DNA from: Acidaminobacteraceae bacterium
GTDB lineage: Bacteria > Bacillota > Clostridia > Peptostreptococcales > Acidaminobacteraceae
NCBI GenBank assembly: GCA_049647005.1
Contig: JBARWW010000214.1
Location: forward strand, 1-36,478
Direction: 5' to 3'
DNA length: 36,478 nt
Positions 35,164 through 36,478 of this stretch are shown piece by piece. The notes under the pieces were generated by a model, which worked only from the letters and a program-made list of their open reading frames with translations, was not told the origin of the DNA and did no database searches. How positions within the stretch are numbered: position 1 is the stretch's first letter; the number at the start of each line of letters is the position of its first letter. Both the position numbers and the translations under genes were made by a program.

Positions 35164-36449
35164 TACGCTTCCCTCATTTCCTCAGAGTATAAATAATACT
35201 CTGTGTCTTTTTGAATTTTTTTACCAGCTTCTATAATCTCTTCTTTAGTTACATTTTCAATTCTCTCTTTAAGTCCCTCAAGATCAAACTTAGTGTTCGA
35301 AAGTGACTGTGAATAGTAGAAGTTTATAAAACTATTTGGATAATCCGAAATAGAATTAATCGATGATACCACACCATCTTTTGCGATTTTTATATCAGAA
35401 TCAGTAAAATCACCATCTAAAATTGCTTTAAAATTCTCATCGATAAGATTATGTACTTTCTCAAAGTTCTCAAACTCAACACCAGCAGAGATCAGCATAA
35501 TTCCTTTATATTTATCCACTCTAGAGAATATGTAGTAGCATAAACTTTCCTTCTCACGCACATTCATAAAGAGTTTAGAGTTTCCTCCACCGCCAAGAAT
35601 ACCCGAGAATAGCATACTAGCTTCATACAATGGATCAGAAAATTTAACATTAGTTCTATAACCCATAGCAATCTTACCTTGTTTAACTTTCTTAAAATAA
35701 TCATTATGAATTTTAACTTCAGCTATATCTTTATAAACATTTTCTTCAGCAACTTCTAAAACATTGTCAGGATTGAAATCTAGAGTTTCATTAATTATAT
35801 TCTTCACTTCATCAAAATCAATATCTCCATTAGTTATGATATCTATCTTTGAAGTTTTAAGTAGAGTTATATAGTGGTCATATAATGACTCTAGAGTAAT
35901 TTTATCTAGCATTTCGATTGAACCATACTGATGAATTTTATAAGGTTCATCAGGACACATAACTTCAAGACAACGCTCCACAGAATACTGAACTTTATCA
36001 TTTTTAAGACTAGCTATCTCATCTCGAAGATTCTCCTTTTCTTGTTCAAAGTAATCTTTTGAAAACAATCCATCCTCAGTATAGGGCTTTGTAATTATTT
36101 CATTTAACAGTTCAAGCGCTTGCTTATATATATCTTTATCTAGAATATGTCTCTTATTTGGCATTTGACACTTAAACTGCATAACCTGCTTCTCACCATA
36201 CTTAGTAACATCAGCTACTAGAATTGCACCATAAAGATCTGCAAGTTTGTTATTTAACTCTTTAATAGAGGGATAATTTTCGCATCCCCTCTCAAGAATT
36301 CTCGTGATAAGAGTGTTCATCGTTGCTTCTTCTTCTCTCAATTGTCTCTTAAAGCTAATACCGATTAAATCAGTCTTAAACTTGTTTGACTTCATAAGAT
36401 GCAGATTAACATTCTCCTTAAGATTAACTATCTCTATTTTATTTATCAT
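35163..36449 (-). CDS. M16 family peptidase-like protein lacking the HxxEH motif (non-catalytic partner, YmfF-like)
   Basis: 428 aa of the same length class and fold-type sequence. The position equivalent to HxxEH reads TLITRILERG. It is paired and overlapping with the HxxEH-bearing paralog. Confidence 0.8.
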   Translation of the reverse strand: MINKIEIVNLKENVNLHLMKSNKFKTDLIGISFKRQLREEEATMNTLITRILERGCENYPSIKELNNKLADLYGAILVADVTKYGEKQVMQFKCQMPNKRHILDKDIYKQALELLNEIITKPYTEDGLFSKDYFEQEKENLRDEIASLKNDKVQYSVERCLEVMCPDEPYKIHQYGSIEMLDKITLESLYDHYITLLKTSKIDIITNGDIDFDEVKNIINETLDFNPDNVLEVAEENVYKDIAEVKIHNDYFKKVKQGKIAMGYRTNVKFSDPLYEASMLFSGILGGGGNSKLFMNVREKESLCYYIFSRVDKYKGIMLISAGVEFENFEKVHNLIDENFKAILDGDFTDSDIKIAKDGVVSSINSISDYPNSFINFYYSQSLSNTKFDLEGLKERIENVTKEEIIEAGKKIQKDTEYYLYSEEMREA

Positions 36450-36478
36450 GTAAGCCTACCTTTTTACTCAAATTTATG

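Overview
Low-GC Firmicutes (Clostridia/Tissierellia-like) core chromosome, transcribed almost entirely on the minus strand. Reading the minus strand from right to left: an M16 peptidase pair and lgt. Next comes a Bacillus-type dcw cluster: mraZ-rsmH-ftsL-class B PBP-murE-mraY-murD-ftsW-murG-ftsQ-DUF881-DUF881-sbp-ftsZ. This is followed by nrdR, pgeF (ylmD), DUF512-der-gpsA and two uncharacterised membrane proteins. Then ylmE-sepF-ylmG-ylmH-divIVA, a T-box(Ile)-controlled long-form ileS, rluD and pyrR. Three poorly characterised genes sit at the left edge. I see no tRNA, rRNA, CRISPR array, transposase, integrase or recognisable defence system, so this is an ordinary housekeeping region and I do not claim a novel system. 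Points worth a second look: (1) ftsW is interrupted by a single in-frame TAG. (2) A roughly 119-nt structured tandem repeat with compensatory stem changes fills the slot where lspA normally lies, and a degenerate copy lies upstream of mraZ. (3) There is no ftsA upstream of ftsZ. (4) Helically phased AGTGG(T/G) repeats between a strong promoter and mraZ look like a MraZ operator. (5) An orphan HlyD-like membrane-fusion protein is tightly coupled to the ylmE-sepF-divIVA operon. Several ORF-track starts are over-extended and were trimmed using Shine-Dalgarno position and homologue N-termini.
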